A stretch of 64,000 nt of DNA from Octopus sinensis (taxonomy: Eukaryota), in contig NC_043022.1 of assembly GCF_006345805.1 (NCBI RefSeq), positions 18,538,001-18,602,000 on the forward strand, read 5' to 3'. Made by a program: the position numbers and the translations under genes. This document shows, piece after piece, positions 24,021 to 36,798 of the stretch (the first letter of the stretch is position 1; the number at the start of each line of letters is the position of its first letter). Below the pieces are notes generated by a model that saw nothing but the letters and a program-made list of their open reading frames with translations, ran no database searches and had not been told where the DNA came from.

Positions 24021-24984
24021 AACGACGTAATCGACTAAAATTTTCTCCTTGGCTTTGAGCCAAAATTTGAAACCAATATTACATATAACAAGCCACGAAC
24101 AGGAAATTTTGACGAAGTCTGTGTATATAATATTTTTTAGTGAATTTACCATTTCCATAATTGGGATACCTGGTATCAGATCTTCGTATGGAAAACGGAT
24201 TTTGTGAAAACCTTTACATCCGGTGGATCCCCAACTCTTCTGAGAGCCACTTACAACTGATCATGTATGAATACAAACGATCACACATACATCCCAATTG
24301 TGACGCATTAATGTATACAAAGTAGCATCAGCCCCAAGCAGTGATTAGGAATAAACGAACTTTAGGTTACTTAGAATACGTTTGTGCCATATTTTAACTT
24401 CTAAAAGTAACTTCACTGCAGGTATCTTGAAGAAGAAAAAATTCCTCTTATGGTTGAAAGTGTAAAAACACCATATCTGTCCAGTGATTCTACCTATTGG
24501 GATTACCAGACGACCGCTTCTAGTTCTTTGGATTTCTTCACTGGGAAATTCTGAAGAGAGACATAACTCTGGTAGATCGAAAGAAGTAGCTTTAACAAAA
24601 AAAAAACAGTCGACATTGGTGACTGAGTTGCGATATTCGACTGCCTGGTCGGGATAAAAGTAGCAACATCCGCACCAAGCATGTATATGTACACACAGAT
24701 GCCGACGACCGCTCGGTTCAAAGTCTCTCTTGACCAGAAATGGCCTGAACTCTTTGCATGAGCACCCCTGTACATAACTCCATGTCCCTCTACATGGCCT
24801 TGCTTTTGGCTTTTTGAGCCAAAGAATTAACTTAACTTAACTTAACTAACTTAGAAATAAATGTATATGCGTGACTGAATGCGTTCCAATACGCCAACAC
24901 GCGTGTGTCTGTGTGCATGTTGTGTCTCTAATGTTTGTTGCTAAGATCACTCAAATTTTTGAATACGTTCCACCAATGGTGTCT

Positions 24985-25240
24985 ACATAGAATTCGCAAG
25001 ATCACCCGCAGGGACAGACAGACAGAATCACAAACTCTGAAATGCTGAGAAGTGACACAATCTGCGCAACTGCAGGAGATTGTGGTAGAGAGAAGAGTGA
25101 GACTTGCAGGTCATGTTTTCCGACTGACAGAAGAAGAAGGAATACACCAGACGGGGACTGAGAAAGTAAGGGAAACCTAAGAAGAAAACAAGGCGCGCCA
25201 CCTTCAAAGAAAGATCTGAAGCAATTTAGCATTACCTGGG
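24985..25240 (+). mobile_element. Decayed RTE-clade LINE 3' fragment
   Basis: Frameshifted DRITNSEML.. / QLQEIVVERRVRLAGHVFRL.. / ..F(K)KDLKQ, typical of the RTE RT C-terminus. Confidence 0.7.
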
Positions 25241-25304
25241 AAGATGCAGGAGACTATAATTATTGGAGGCGTCTTGTTGCTCCATGTAAGGGCTATTCTA
25301 CGGG

Positions 25305-25384
<80 letters not shown>

Positions 25385-25505
25385 TATATGTATAATATGT
25401 ATGTATATATGTATGTATATATGTATGTATGTATATATGTATGTATATATATATGTATGTATGTATATATGTATGTATGTATATATGTATGTATGTATAT
25501 GTATG

Positions 25506-25555
<50 letters not shown>

Positions 25556-25630
25556 ACGACGCCTGTATGAGTGTATGGGTGAGTGTGTGTATTTACGCGC
25601 TAAAGTAATTCGTTTATACATTAAGCACAG

Positions 25631-25669
<39 letters not shown>

Positions 25670-27496
25670 ACATAGACATACACCAGAATCTTCAGAATAG
25701 TTACGCCTCACCTGTAAATCGTTGGTGTCTTCGTCTGCACCCAACACCCTCGGCTGATGTGTTAAGTGCACGGAAACCCCACAAAAATCCGCCCGCATAC
25801 CTATTCGAAACCCCATCCATCACCACCAACGCCCCGCCCCCACTGCCGTCGCTGCCACCTTTTGAGTTCTCTTGGCTGTGTTTCTCAATCAGCGGGAGTA
25901 TTCCGTATCACTAACAAACGTCAACACACCAGCATCGCCCATCGTTAACACCATCACCACCACTATCACCACCACCACCACCACCACCGACGCTATCATC
26001 ACCATTACCAACAAAACCCTCACCAGCCGGCCATTGCCATTCTACAACCAGCACCTTTGCCACTACCACCACCACCACAACATCGTCAGCACCAGCATCA
26101 TTACTACCGTTAACAAGACAACCACCACCACCACCACCATCTTTACCACTAGTACTACTACCATCACCACTACTATCACCACTACAGCCATCACCTCCAT
26201 CACTGCTGAGACCACCTCCACCCCATTACTATAACATAACCAACACCCCTACTATCACCACCACCACCATCTTTACCACTAGTACTACTACCATCACCAC
26301 TACTATCACCACTACAGCCATCACCTCCATCACTGCTGAGACCACCTCCACCCCATTACTATAACATAAACAACACCTCTACTATCACCACCATCATCAC
26401 CACAACCATCATCACTACCACCGCCATCACCACTATCACTACTACCACCATCACCACTACGTTCATCACACGCTCCATCGCTGTCACCACTACCACCACC
26501 ACTACTACAACCAACACTTCAACATTCTTTGACACCACTGTACAGATACCACGTACTAGAAACCACACTGCTATCATTCACAGAACTGTCAATACTACCA
26601 AACCACCTCCCACACTGCCTCCACCAACATCATCAAAATCACCATTTCTCTTTACCACCACCACTACCACCACCACAACAACAACAACAGTAAGATCAAC
26701 ATCATTATATAGTCTTACTGCCACCACCATCATCACATCTACCCATTCCACACCCCATCACCACCTTTCCACCCCGTCATCATCTCTACCACCCATCATT
26801 ATCTCCGGTACCTACCTCCAACCCAGACCCTAAGGCACGTGCCACATTATAAACATACAAAATGTACCTGAGTGTGTATATGTTGTGTATAGGTATGTGC
26901 GTGCTATGTGTGTATATGCCTTGCTGTGATGGTGTATGTTGTGTGTATGTATGTGCATGCTGTATTAGTGTATATGTGTGTGTATATGCCTTGCTGTGAT
27001 AGTGTATGTATGTGGGTGTGTCCATATGAGTGTGTGTGTGTATGTTTATCTAAGCAGTGATATCATCAGCTAAATCAATTCATACATCAACATACCCCTT
27101 CCTGGGTGAGTAGGTCTAAGGTAAGGTAAAGGGGTGCGAATGGAGTGGAACTAGACAGACAGACCAGACAGAATGGTGGTGCCTTGAGGGTATTTTTAAG
27201 ACGTTTAATGGGTTTGTAAGTGTGTCGATGGGTGGCTGTTCGGGGGTATGCTGCGAGTGTGTGTGTGTGTGTGTGTGTTTGGGCAGAGAAGATTGTCTAA
27301 AAGGAGGTATATAGAAGAGATGGTGTAGAGGGCGGAAAAGCGGGTAATTGTGGGGGTCTGTGGGATGAGGAGTGAGAGATGAGAGGCGGATGTTTAGGGT
27401 CCAAACAGCTGTGTTGTTTATAGTTGTTATTTTGCAGTAGACATAATTTTACACACACACATGTATCTCATTTATATTTAGATTTCTTAAATCTAT

Positions 27497-27890
27497 AGGC
27501 GCAGGAGTGGCTGTGTGGTAAGTAGCTTGTTTACCAACCACATGGTTCTGGGTTCAGTCCCACTGCAAGGCACCTTGGGCAAGTGTCTTCTACTATAGCC
27601 TCGGGCCGACCAAAGCCTTGTGAGTGGATTTGGTAGATGGAAACTGAAAGAAGCCCTTCGTATATATGTATATATATATATGTTTGTGTGTCTGTCCTCC
27701 TAGCATTGCTTGACAACCGATGCTGGTGTGTTTATGTCCCCGTTACTTAGCGGTTCGGCAAAAGAGACTGATAGAATAAGTACTGGGCTTACAAAAGAAT
27801 AAGTCCCGGGGCCCGAGTTGCTCGATTAAAGGCGGTTCTCCAGCATGGCCGCAGTCAAATGACTGAAACAAGTAAAAGAGTAAAGAGAGA
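27497..27890 (+). mobile_element. SINE-B, full length
   Basis: AGGCGCAGGAGTGGCTGTGTGG head to GTAAAAGAG tail. Confidence 0.92.
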
Positions 27891-28283
27891 AAGAGTATAT
27901 GTATTTTTTTCTTCAACTATTATCTTCTATTTGTTTCAGTCATGGGGGCAGCACTTTCAAGATAAACAAATCGACCCCAGTTCGGTACTTATTCTATCGT
28001 CTTCCTGTTCCGAACCGCTAAGTCACTAGGATGTAAAACACTGGTTATCAAACGGTGAGGGGAGGACACACACACATACATGTATATGAAGGCAAGTGGC
28101 GTAGTGGTTAGGGATGCTGCAGTCACAATCGTGAGATCGTGGTTTCGGTTCTCAGACTGGCTGCGCGTTTGTGTTCTTGAGTAAAATACTTCATTTCACG
28201 TCACTTCAGCGCACTCAGCTTTAAATGGTCTCAGTGGGGAATGCTAACCTGCTTACCTACCAAGCGAGGTCATATCGTTTAAA

Positions 28284-28932
28284 GATTGGTTCTCAACCAG
28301 GGTCCATATAAAATTTTGTTGTTAAAATATATCTGCAATAAATCTTTATATATAAAAGTCAAGTTGTGTGTCTGTCTCCTACGATTTAGATTCCTAACTA
28401 CTCCCACATTTTGCGGTGCAGTGTAACCAAAACCGGGTATCTTATAGTCGTGATTCATATCGAGCCCTTCTGGGTATTAGCGCGCCTCTACGATGAGTCT
28501 ACGATTTCAAAAAAAATTTACCATCATTTTTTTCCATTTCAATGCATTTTTTTCGCGATTATATAAGGAAGTAACTCTCTAAAAATGTCGCCGATGAGTC
28601 ACGATTAAAAAAAAATTTCACCATCGTTTTTTTTCCATTTTTAATGCATTTTTTTGCTATTTTTTTTGGCTATAACTCTCTAAAAATGCTTATATAGTTA
28701 TTTCCCTTACAAACCCGAGCAACGCCGGGCGATACTGCTAGTTGCTTATAATTCTAAAATACCCAAAATATTTTAACAATTTTTCACCACAATTCCTAAT
28801 CCTATTTAATCATAAACATGTCATATGACTGTTTTGAACATCGATTAGCTAAGAATCGATTGGCTAGGAGGTCCATCCTAGGAAAATAAGGATCGAAGGG
28901 TCAGTAAGTAAAAAAATGGTTGAGAAACACTG
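28284..28932. mobile_element. hAT (Charlie-like) MITE containing a Helitron
   Basis: TIRs (GAT)TGGTTCTCAACC / GGTTGAGAAACACTG; degenerate 8-bp TSD CGTTTAAA / ATTTTAAA. Confidence 0.7.
28343..28741 (+). mobile_element. Non-autonomous Helitron (family H1), complete
   Basis: A|TC start, 3' hairpin CCCG..CGGG (28714-29), CTAG|T end, no TSD: canonical Helitron termini. Confidence 0.92.
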
Positions 28933-29308
28933 ATTTTAAAGCCAAACAATGCGAAGCGCATTGTGACCAGCGATATATTACAACATCTGATAATTTGGTT
29001 GATAACATGATTACATATATACCACTGCATCATACCACTGGAGAATTATGCCTTCGTAATTTAGTGGTTCTGTAATAAATGAATAAGTAAATAAATAAGA
29101 AAGACCGGCGGACTAAGTACCTGAATTAAAATAAGTAAAGTGTTGGGATCAATATGATCGATTAACCATTTAAGGCAGTGCTTTAGTATGGTCTTAAGTC
29201 AAGGATGGAAAGAAGTAAAAGAGTATTTATCTCTCTATTTCTCTCTCTCTCTCTCTCTCTTTCCCTCTCTCTCTCTCTTCTCTATATATATATATATATT
29301 TTTTTTTT

Positions 29309-29442
29309 ATTTATTATATAGAAGGAGCTTCTACAGGACTAGTACTGTTTCATTCAAGAGAAATCTTCAGGAAGCGCTTCTGAAGATTTCTCTTGAATGA
29401 AACAGTACTAGTCCTGTTAGAAGCTCCTTCTATATAATAAAT
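29309..29442. ncRNA. 134-bp palindrome = two head-to-head type I hammerhead-like motifs
   Basis: 67-nt arms with two 1-nt indels. The minus-strand left arm reads GCTTC CTGAAGA TTTCTCTTGAAT GAAA CAG TACTAGTC CTG TA GAAGC. Confidence 0.75.
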
Positions 29443-29539
29443 TAATTTTTTACTCTGCTATGTTTGAGTACCTTACTTACTGTGGTTAACCCCGGATCAA
29501 CCCGGGAACCTACATATATATATATATATATATATTATA

Positions 29540-29569
<30 letters not shown>

Positions 29570-29570
<1 letters not shown>

Positions 29571-30371
29571 CTCTATATAAACGGCAGTTTGTCTGTGTGC
29601 GTGTCCTGCGTGTCTGTCAGGGTGTACCCTCACCCTGACGACGGCTTTCAACCGATTCTGATGAAACTTGACACACACATAGCCCAATGTCATAATCAAA
29701 ACTAAGCGCAGCGAAAATTTTGAAAGTTCCCCCCCGTTCTGAAAACAAATCGATAAATTCGACATGGGGTCGAGAATCTAAGCTTTTTATATGCAACACA
29801 TTTTCTACAGACTGTCTAGGGGCGCAACTCGACCTTTTAACTCTCGGAACACGTGGGGTAACATCCCAAAATGTATAAAAATGTACAAAAAACGGCAAAA
29901 AAGCGGGCAGCAATGTGAGTGACAACAACGAAAAGTCAAAAGTGACCAAACTGAACAAACGAAGGGAAAAGGTTTTTTTGGTGCACACGACAAAAGCGGT
30001 TTATAATAAACCAGAGTTTGCAAGTAGCGTCCGAGGACCATTAGGGTACGTCAAAAATTTAAGGTAAAACGTTTGGGGTGGTAGTTATAAAGAAAGTGTA
30101 AACAAAAAAAGTATTCGAATAACTTGCGGCTGCAGCAGCTATTAGCAGAATTGGCGGTGTTGGGGGTAAAGTCTCGAATGTAATTTCTTCCTGGTAGGAA
30201 TTGGTTGGGTTGAATTATCGATAGCTGTTTGATAGTTATTTGGGAGTGAAGAGAAGACATTGCAACATACACATGCACCTTCGTTCCCTAGAGGGAAAGG
30301 ACTAGATTGGGATTAGTCGTTGCCTACTAGGGGCTCTTACATACACGGGCAGCGCCGGGCTATGCTGCTAG
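29570..30371 (+). mobile_element. Non-autonomous Helitron (family H2), complete
   Basis: Starts TCTCTATATAAA in (TA)n, 5' GTCTGT microsatellite, ends CACGGGCAGCGCCGGGCTATGCTG CTAG|T. Confidence 0.88.
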
Positions 30372-30379
30372 TATATATA

Positions 30380-30554
30380 TAAAAGCCCAGTCTCGAGTGT
30401 AACCGGCCGAAACTGCAACGATGATATGGAACTCGACTGACGAAAGACACCTCCGAATGACCCGTCCTTGTACTTTCCTGTCTTTTTTTGTATCGTCTAA
30501 CAGTCAGGATGTTTTGTTGTCGCTTGTTACGTTCTTGTTCTGTTTCTTTTGTCC

Positions 30555-30560
<6 letters not shown>
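30380..30560 (+). mobile_element. Short interspersed element family C (Penelope-like tail, tentative)
   Basis: CTCGAGTGTAACCGGCCGAAACTGCAA...GGAACTCGACTGACGAAAGA...CCGAATGACCCGTCCTTG is also present in antisense at 52790-52935. Confidence 0.5.
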
Positions 30561-30590
<30 letters not shown>

Positions 30591-30659
30591 GTGTTTCCTT
30601 CTCGAGCAATGCCAGGCTTATAAGGGCCAGTTTCAATGGCGTAGAAATTCCTCACTTCT

Positions 30660-30832
30660 TTGACGGGACGTCAGTCCGTCGCAGGATTACTCATTTTTGC
30701 CAGCTGAGTGGACTGGAACAACGTGAAAATGACAGTTTTGCTCAAGAACAAAACGTATCGCCCGGTCCAGGAATCGAAACCACAATCTTCCGATCATGAG
30801 TCCAACACCCTAACCACTTAGCCACATGCCTC
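30660..30832 (-). mobile_element. SINE-E with tail V
   Basis: Head GGAGGCATGTGGCTAAGTGGTTAGGG, B-box GTTTCGATTCC, body TTCTTGAGCAAAA..CCAGTCCACTCAGCTGGC, tail CCTGCGACGGACTGACGTCCCGTC. Confidence 0.8.
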
Positions 30833-31413
30833 CATTATACATGTGTGTGTGCGTGCACGTTCACTTTACAAATACGACTTGTAACTACATTGTATCTCGA
30901 AGTTATTTCCCCTGGCTTTTTGGAGCAGAAATATTACAAACCTCAGTCATTGAAAATATGAATTATTAAAACGGAACTCTATAACGGAGAACATGGAACA
31001 ACATTAGAAAGTGGGGAAACAATAGAAATATCTAGAGATAACACTGCTATTTGTTATGAGTGTTGGTGTATATACACACGCTTCAACATGTAAATGTATA
31101 CACACGAACATAATGTGTATGCGTGTATATTTCTTCTTGTACATGTTGGTGCTCTGTCTCTGTATATATATATAGATATATAATATAATATATATATTAT
31201 ATATATATATATACACACAATGTGTATAATATGTATGTATGTTTAGATAGGTAGATAGTAGATGAAGAAACAGACATGCTTGCACAATCATTTATAACCA
31301 TAGGTGTGGATATATATATAAATACAACCCATCCTTCCATACATGCATACGCATATACATATATAGTTACCAACATACATACATACCTAAGTACTCTACC
31401 GCACATAGATAAA

Positions 31414-31466
<53 letters not shown>

Positions 31467-32087
31467 ACAAAACTTACTTGGAGGAGATGAAACGAAACGA
31501 AAACGAATCGAATCGACGCGAGGGCGCTCAGTCATACAATAGTGTAATAAATAAAATATATACATACATACATACATATATGTACGTACCTACATCTACA
31601 TGTATATATACATGCATATACAAATATATATATACGTAAGTACAGGACACCACAAATAGACGTAGAACTCAACGAGAAACGAAAACCAGCATACCTTCAT
31701 ACATACATGCATAGATAGATAGATAGATAGATAGAGGGGGGTAGGTATATTTATGTATATATTTGTGTACGCGGGTTGTGGTGGTGTGTTCTGTGTGGTG
31801 ATAATGGAACTAGTGTTTGTTTATTTACATAAATAAAATACATTGTCTTTTCGCCCTACCCATCCATCCATCCATTCCTATTTTGATGTAATAAAACACC
31901 GCAGACCACCTGCTTTCAGATTGTTTCAAGAGACAGGCTTCAGTAATAATATATTGGTAATTGTGTGTATATAATTCATGAACTGACTTCTGCATTCACA
32001 TACAAGTAACACAAATGTATATACACACGGCAAACAGATATATCTTTGCATCGGTACTTACCTATATATTCTTTCTTTCTTTCTTTC

Positions 32088-32462
32088 TTTTACTTGTTTC
32101 AGTCATTTGACTGCGGCCATGCTGAGCACCGCCTTTAATCGAGCAAATCGACCCTGGGACTTATTCTTTGTAAGCCCAGTACTTATCTATCGGTCTCTTT
32201 TGCGAACCGCTAAGTGACGGGAACGTAAACACACCAGCATTGGTTGTCAGCAATGCTAGGGGGACAACACACATATATATATATTATAAACATATATACG
32301 ACGGGCTTCTTTTCAGTTTCCTTCTACCAAATCCACTCACAAGGCTTTGGTCGGCCCAAGGCTATAGCAGAAGACACTTGCCCAAGATGCCACGCAGTGG
32401 GACTGAGCCCGGAACCATGTGGTTGGGAAGCAAGCTTCTTACCACACAGCCACGCCTGCGCC
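32088..32462 (-). mobile_element. SINE-B, full length
   Basis: Consensus match on the minus strand. Confidence 0.9.
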
Positions 32463-32857
32463 TGTATATATATATATGATTATATTTATATACATGCACA
32501 CATACAAATATATGTATACATATACATACATATATAAAAATCTATGCATATATATATACAAAATATTCACATACAAGTACACAAATGTATATACACACAC
32601 AAACAAACATATGCACAGATATATCTTTGCATCGGTACGTACCTATATATGTATATATATATATATATATGATTATATTTATATACATGCACACATACAA
32701 ATATATGTATACATATACATACATATATAAAAATCTATGCATATAAATATACAAAATATGTGTGTGTATATATATGTATGTATGTATATATACAGATACA
32801 CAAACGTGAGCACACACACATTTATCCATACATTTATTTACACACACATATATATAT

Positions 32858-33072
32858 ATGGCCCAGTGGTTAGGGCAACGGACTCATGGTCGTAGCATCG
32901 CGATTTCAATTCCCAGACCGGGCATTGTGAATGTTTATTGAGTGAAAACACCTAAAGCTCTACGAGGCTCCGGCAGGGGGCGGTGGTGAACCCTGCTGTA
33001 CTATTTCACCACAACTTTCTCTCATTCTTTTCCCCTGTTTCTGTTGTACCTGTATTTCGAAGGGCCAGCCTT
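32858..33072 (+). mobile_element. SINE-A, 3'-truncated
   Basis: ATGGCCCAGTGGTTAGGGC...GAAGGGCCAGCCTTGACAC. Confidence 0.85.
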
Positions 33073-33197
33073 GACACACTCATCTTCATACGATGAACGG
33101 GAATGGAAAATGTATCACTGATCTCTTTTCATACGTTGTCCTGTGTTTATATAGGTTCGGCTAAGTACAAATAAGTATGTCGGCGGTAAAGAAAGTT

Positions 33198-33580
33198 TTG
33201 AAGCACTCCGTCGGTTACGACGATGAGGGTTCCGGTTGATCCGAATCAACGGAACAGCCTGCTCGTGAAATTGACGTGTAAGTGGCTGAGCACTCCACAG
33301 ACACGTGTACCCTTAACGTAGTTCTCGGGGATATTCAGCGTGACACAGAGAGTGACAAGGCCGGCCCTTTGAAATACAGGTACAAGAGAAACAGGAAGTA
33401 AGAGTGAGAGAAAGTTGTGGTGAAAGAGTACACCAGGGATCACCACCATCCCCTGTCGGAGCCTCGTGGAGCTTTAGGTGTTTTCGCTCAATAAACACTC
33501 ACAACGCCTGTCTGGGAATCGAAACCGCGATCCTATGACCGCGAGTCCGCTGCCCTAACCACTGGGCCATTGCGCCTCCA
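33198..33580 (-). mobile_element. SINE-A, full length, tail X
   Basis: Consensus match; TSD GGTAAAGAAA (33185-94 / 33585-94). Confidence 0.92.
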
Positions 33581-33922
33581 CGCAGGTAAAGAAATATGTC
33601 TGAAACAATAGTAAGTTTTCCAAAATGATTTTTTTTTCCAGTACATCCCCAAACATTTTTTTATGATACCTTTAAGAAAAGCACCTTGAACATCAGAAAT
33701 TCTGAGTCTGTATATTTTTTTAAAATAGCACTTTTTTTCTACAACGAACTAGTAATCGAAATATATGATATACAAAACAAGATGTATTGCTACGAATACT
33801 CTTTGAAGGCAAACGAAATCTATCGATATACAAAACGGAATATATCATACACAAGGTTTACACAAAAAATATGTTTATACAATGCGACTTCAAATTTAAC
33901 CAATAAAGCAAACTCTCTCCTC

Positions 33923-33958
<36 letters not shown>

Positions 33959-34321
33959 TCTCTCTCTTCTCTCTCTCTCTATATCCCTCTCTCTCTTTGC
34001 ACACCTATATCTAATGCACACACAAATAGAAAACATTTTATTTGCCACAAATGCGCCGAATATTTGGGAAAGAATTTGAACAGAAGATAATCATGAAATC
34101 GATTTCGAATTAACTCCGGGGCTAATCATAGTACCCCTTTAATATGAACACAATTTCAAGGGCAACTGCATATGTAGTGGTGGTGGCGGTGGTGACTGTG
34201 GTGGTGAATTTGCAATTGTTATACACTTATGATTTGAAAAGAGACAAAAAATGAGAAGTGAATTTGTTAGTATGGCTGTTTTCTATGCTACAGGTCTTAG
34301 CATGGGAAGACGCGTGACTTA

Positions 34322-34556
34322 GTGGCGAGCTGGCAGAAACGTTAGCACGCCGGATGAAATGCTTAGCGGTATTTCGTCTGTCGTTACGTTGTGAGTTCAA
34401 ATTCCGCCGAGGTCAACTTTGCCTTTCATCCTTTCGGGGTCGATAAATTAAGTACCAGTTACGCTCTGGGGTCGATATAATCGACTTAATACCTATGTCT
34501 GTCCTTGTTTGTCCCCTCTATGTTTAGCCCCTTGTGGGTAATAAAGAAATAGGTAT
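34322..34556 (+). mobile_element. SINE-C ending in the start of a second unit
   Basis: Full monomer followed by AATAAAGAAATA|GGTATT. Confidence 0.88.
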
Positions 34557-35034
34557 TCGGCTCAAGATCGTGAAGTCGTGAGTTCGATTCCCGGCAGCAC
34601 CTTCTGTCCTTGAGCAAGACATTTTATTTCACGTTATAGTAGAAAACACTAACCTAGGATGCCGCGTGGTGGGCCTGAACCTCGAACAACATAGCCATTC
34701 TTACGCTTATACATACATACGCGTGCTAACATAAATATATATTGTATGTGTGTAAGTATCTGTGTGTATGTGTGTGTGTGTGTGTGTGTCTTTATCAGTA
34801 AATTTATGAATACATTTATGTGTTTATATAGAAATATAATAATATATCATAATAATATATAATAATAATAATATAATAATATTTTAATTATAATTATCAT
34901 AATAGACACAAACAGCTGCCAGAATTATGTAATTTGTATTTGAAATAATGGGGAGTCATTAGTAGACGAGTTCTACACTCTCACATACACCCACATCTAG
35001 AAATCCTGATAGACATTGTTCATCATATACATAC

Positions 35035-35075
<41 letters not shown>

Positions 35076-35459
35076 TTTATATATTTGTAAAAAAGAAGTT
35101 TGAAAACGCCACTATATTAGATAAATTTTAATTTCTAATTTGTATGTATGTATAATAATGAACCATGTCTATCAGGATTATATATATATATGTATGTATG
35201 TATGTATATAATGAACCAATGTCTATCAGTATTATATATATGATATATATATATGTATGTATGTATATAATGAACCAATGTCTATTAGGATTATATATAT
35301 ATATATATATATTATATATATGTATATATATATACATAGACACACGCACGCACTTGTGTATTTGTATTTGTACCTGGTGTGTGTTATATATATATATATA
35401 TATTATATATATACACATGTATATGTGTATATTAATATATATATATATATATATACACA

Positions 35460-35510
<51 letters not shown>

Positions 35511-35599
35511 GTATAGGTGTTATATATATATATGTATATATATGTACACATGTATATGTGTATATATATATATGTATATATATGTACACATGTATATGT

Positions 35600-35650
<51 letters not shown>

Positions 35651-36169
35651 GTATATGTGTATATATATATATATATATACACATGTATATGTGTATGTAC
35701 ATATAGACAAGCATAAATGCAAATACAATATATGTGTGTGTTGCGTGTGTATGTGTTTATCAATACCTGTCTATCTCTCCAACTCTTTCTCCTTTTTTCT
35801 CTCACACACACATGCACGCACGCATACCACACACATACGAACGATGACAGACTGAAAATTATGCAAAAGTGAGTGTATCTTTTTTTCTTTTTTGTTTGCC
35901 TTTTTTTTTTTGGTTTGGTTGGGAATCGTTGTGGTTTGTTCAAATAAATTGTACCATGTTGGTGGAGTAAACTCTTCTGCTCTACAAAGCTACTATTCAA
36001 CATGCGACGGGATGCTGAAAAGATCCTGGATTTAAGGGTGTAGCGAAAGGCCTGGTTGCAGGTCCAACCTTCCGACTTCTTTTACTGGGATTAGGAAAGT
36101 GAAGACCGCTGCAATAAGTGTGTGAATCTGGGAGGGAAATATGGTGAATGGAATCATAATTAACTGATC

Positions 36170-36570
36170 CTCTTTTACTCTTTTACTTGTTTCAGTCATC
36201 TGACTGCGGCCATGCTGGAGCACCGCCTTTAATCGAGCAACTCGACCCCGGGACTTATTCTTTGTAAGCCCAGTACTTATTCTATCGGTCTCTTTTTGCC
36301 CAACCGCTAAGTGACAGGGACGTAAACACACCAGCATCGGTTGTCAAGCAATGCTAGGGGGCACACAGACACACAAACCACAACACACACCCATATATAC
36401 ATATATACGACAGGCTTCTTTCAGTTTCCGTCTACCAATCCACTCACAAGGCATTGGTCGGCCCGGGGCTAAAGCAGAAGACACTTGCCCAAGATGCCAC
36501 GCAGTGGGACTGAACCCGGAACCATGTGGTTGGTTAGCAAGCTACTTACCACACAGCCACTCCTGCGCCT
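36170..36570 (-). mobile_element. SINE-B, full length
   Basis: Consensus match on the minus strand. Confidence 0.9.
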
Positions 36571-36611
36571 GTATTTTCTTTTACCTAAAACCAGGAACTT
36601 TTCAGCACCAC

Positions 36612-36798
36612 CTCGTAATCTTCATCACAAGCGATGTTTCTGTGTCGCTCTTGAATCCAAGTTTCGTATCCTTCCAAATAAATACAGATTTGCACAATTG
36701 CACTCATTTTACAGCCACTTTGACTTCGTCTGTGCCATCAAATCTTTGTCCCCGAAATTTGTTCTTCATTTGACGGAACTGGTGAAAGTCGGAGAGTG
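36612..36798 (-). mobile_element. Decayed mariner transposase C-terminal fragment
   Basis: LSDFHQFRQMKNKFRGQRFDGTDEVKVAVK*...LEGYETWIQ...ACDEDYE resembles APSDFHLF..LK..LRG.RF...EVK... Confidence 0.7.

Larger units (their letters stand above)
28090..29015 (+). mobile_element. SINE-E (CORE-like body) with tail Y, interrupted by a hAT MITE
   Basis: Head GGCAAGTGGCGTAGTGGTTAGGG, body GTGTTCTTGAGTAAATACTTCATTTCACG. Tail Y is split at 28283/28933 and collinear with the 5900-6010 tail. Confidence 0.75.

Noticed and set aside
24550-24595. CTGAAGA...GATC GAAAG as a hammerhead
   Set aside because: Stems I, II and III cannot be formed.
26130-26395. 130-bp tandem duplication encoding a Thr-rich mucin-like ORF
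   Set aside because: Lies within an (ACC/ACT) low-complexity tract with in-unit stop codons; ordinary slippage duplication.
33159-33178. Possible 20-nt micro-exon (TATATAG|...|GTATGT)
   Set aside because: Too short to distinguish from chance; contains a stop in the plausible frame.
35128-36003. 291-aa ORF and other long ORFs (23175, 38613, 57317, 49962, 1570, 22389 etc.)
   Set aside because: Translations of (TA)/(CA)/(TATG)/(CTAT)/(ACC) microsatellites, which lack stop codons; no domain content.
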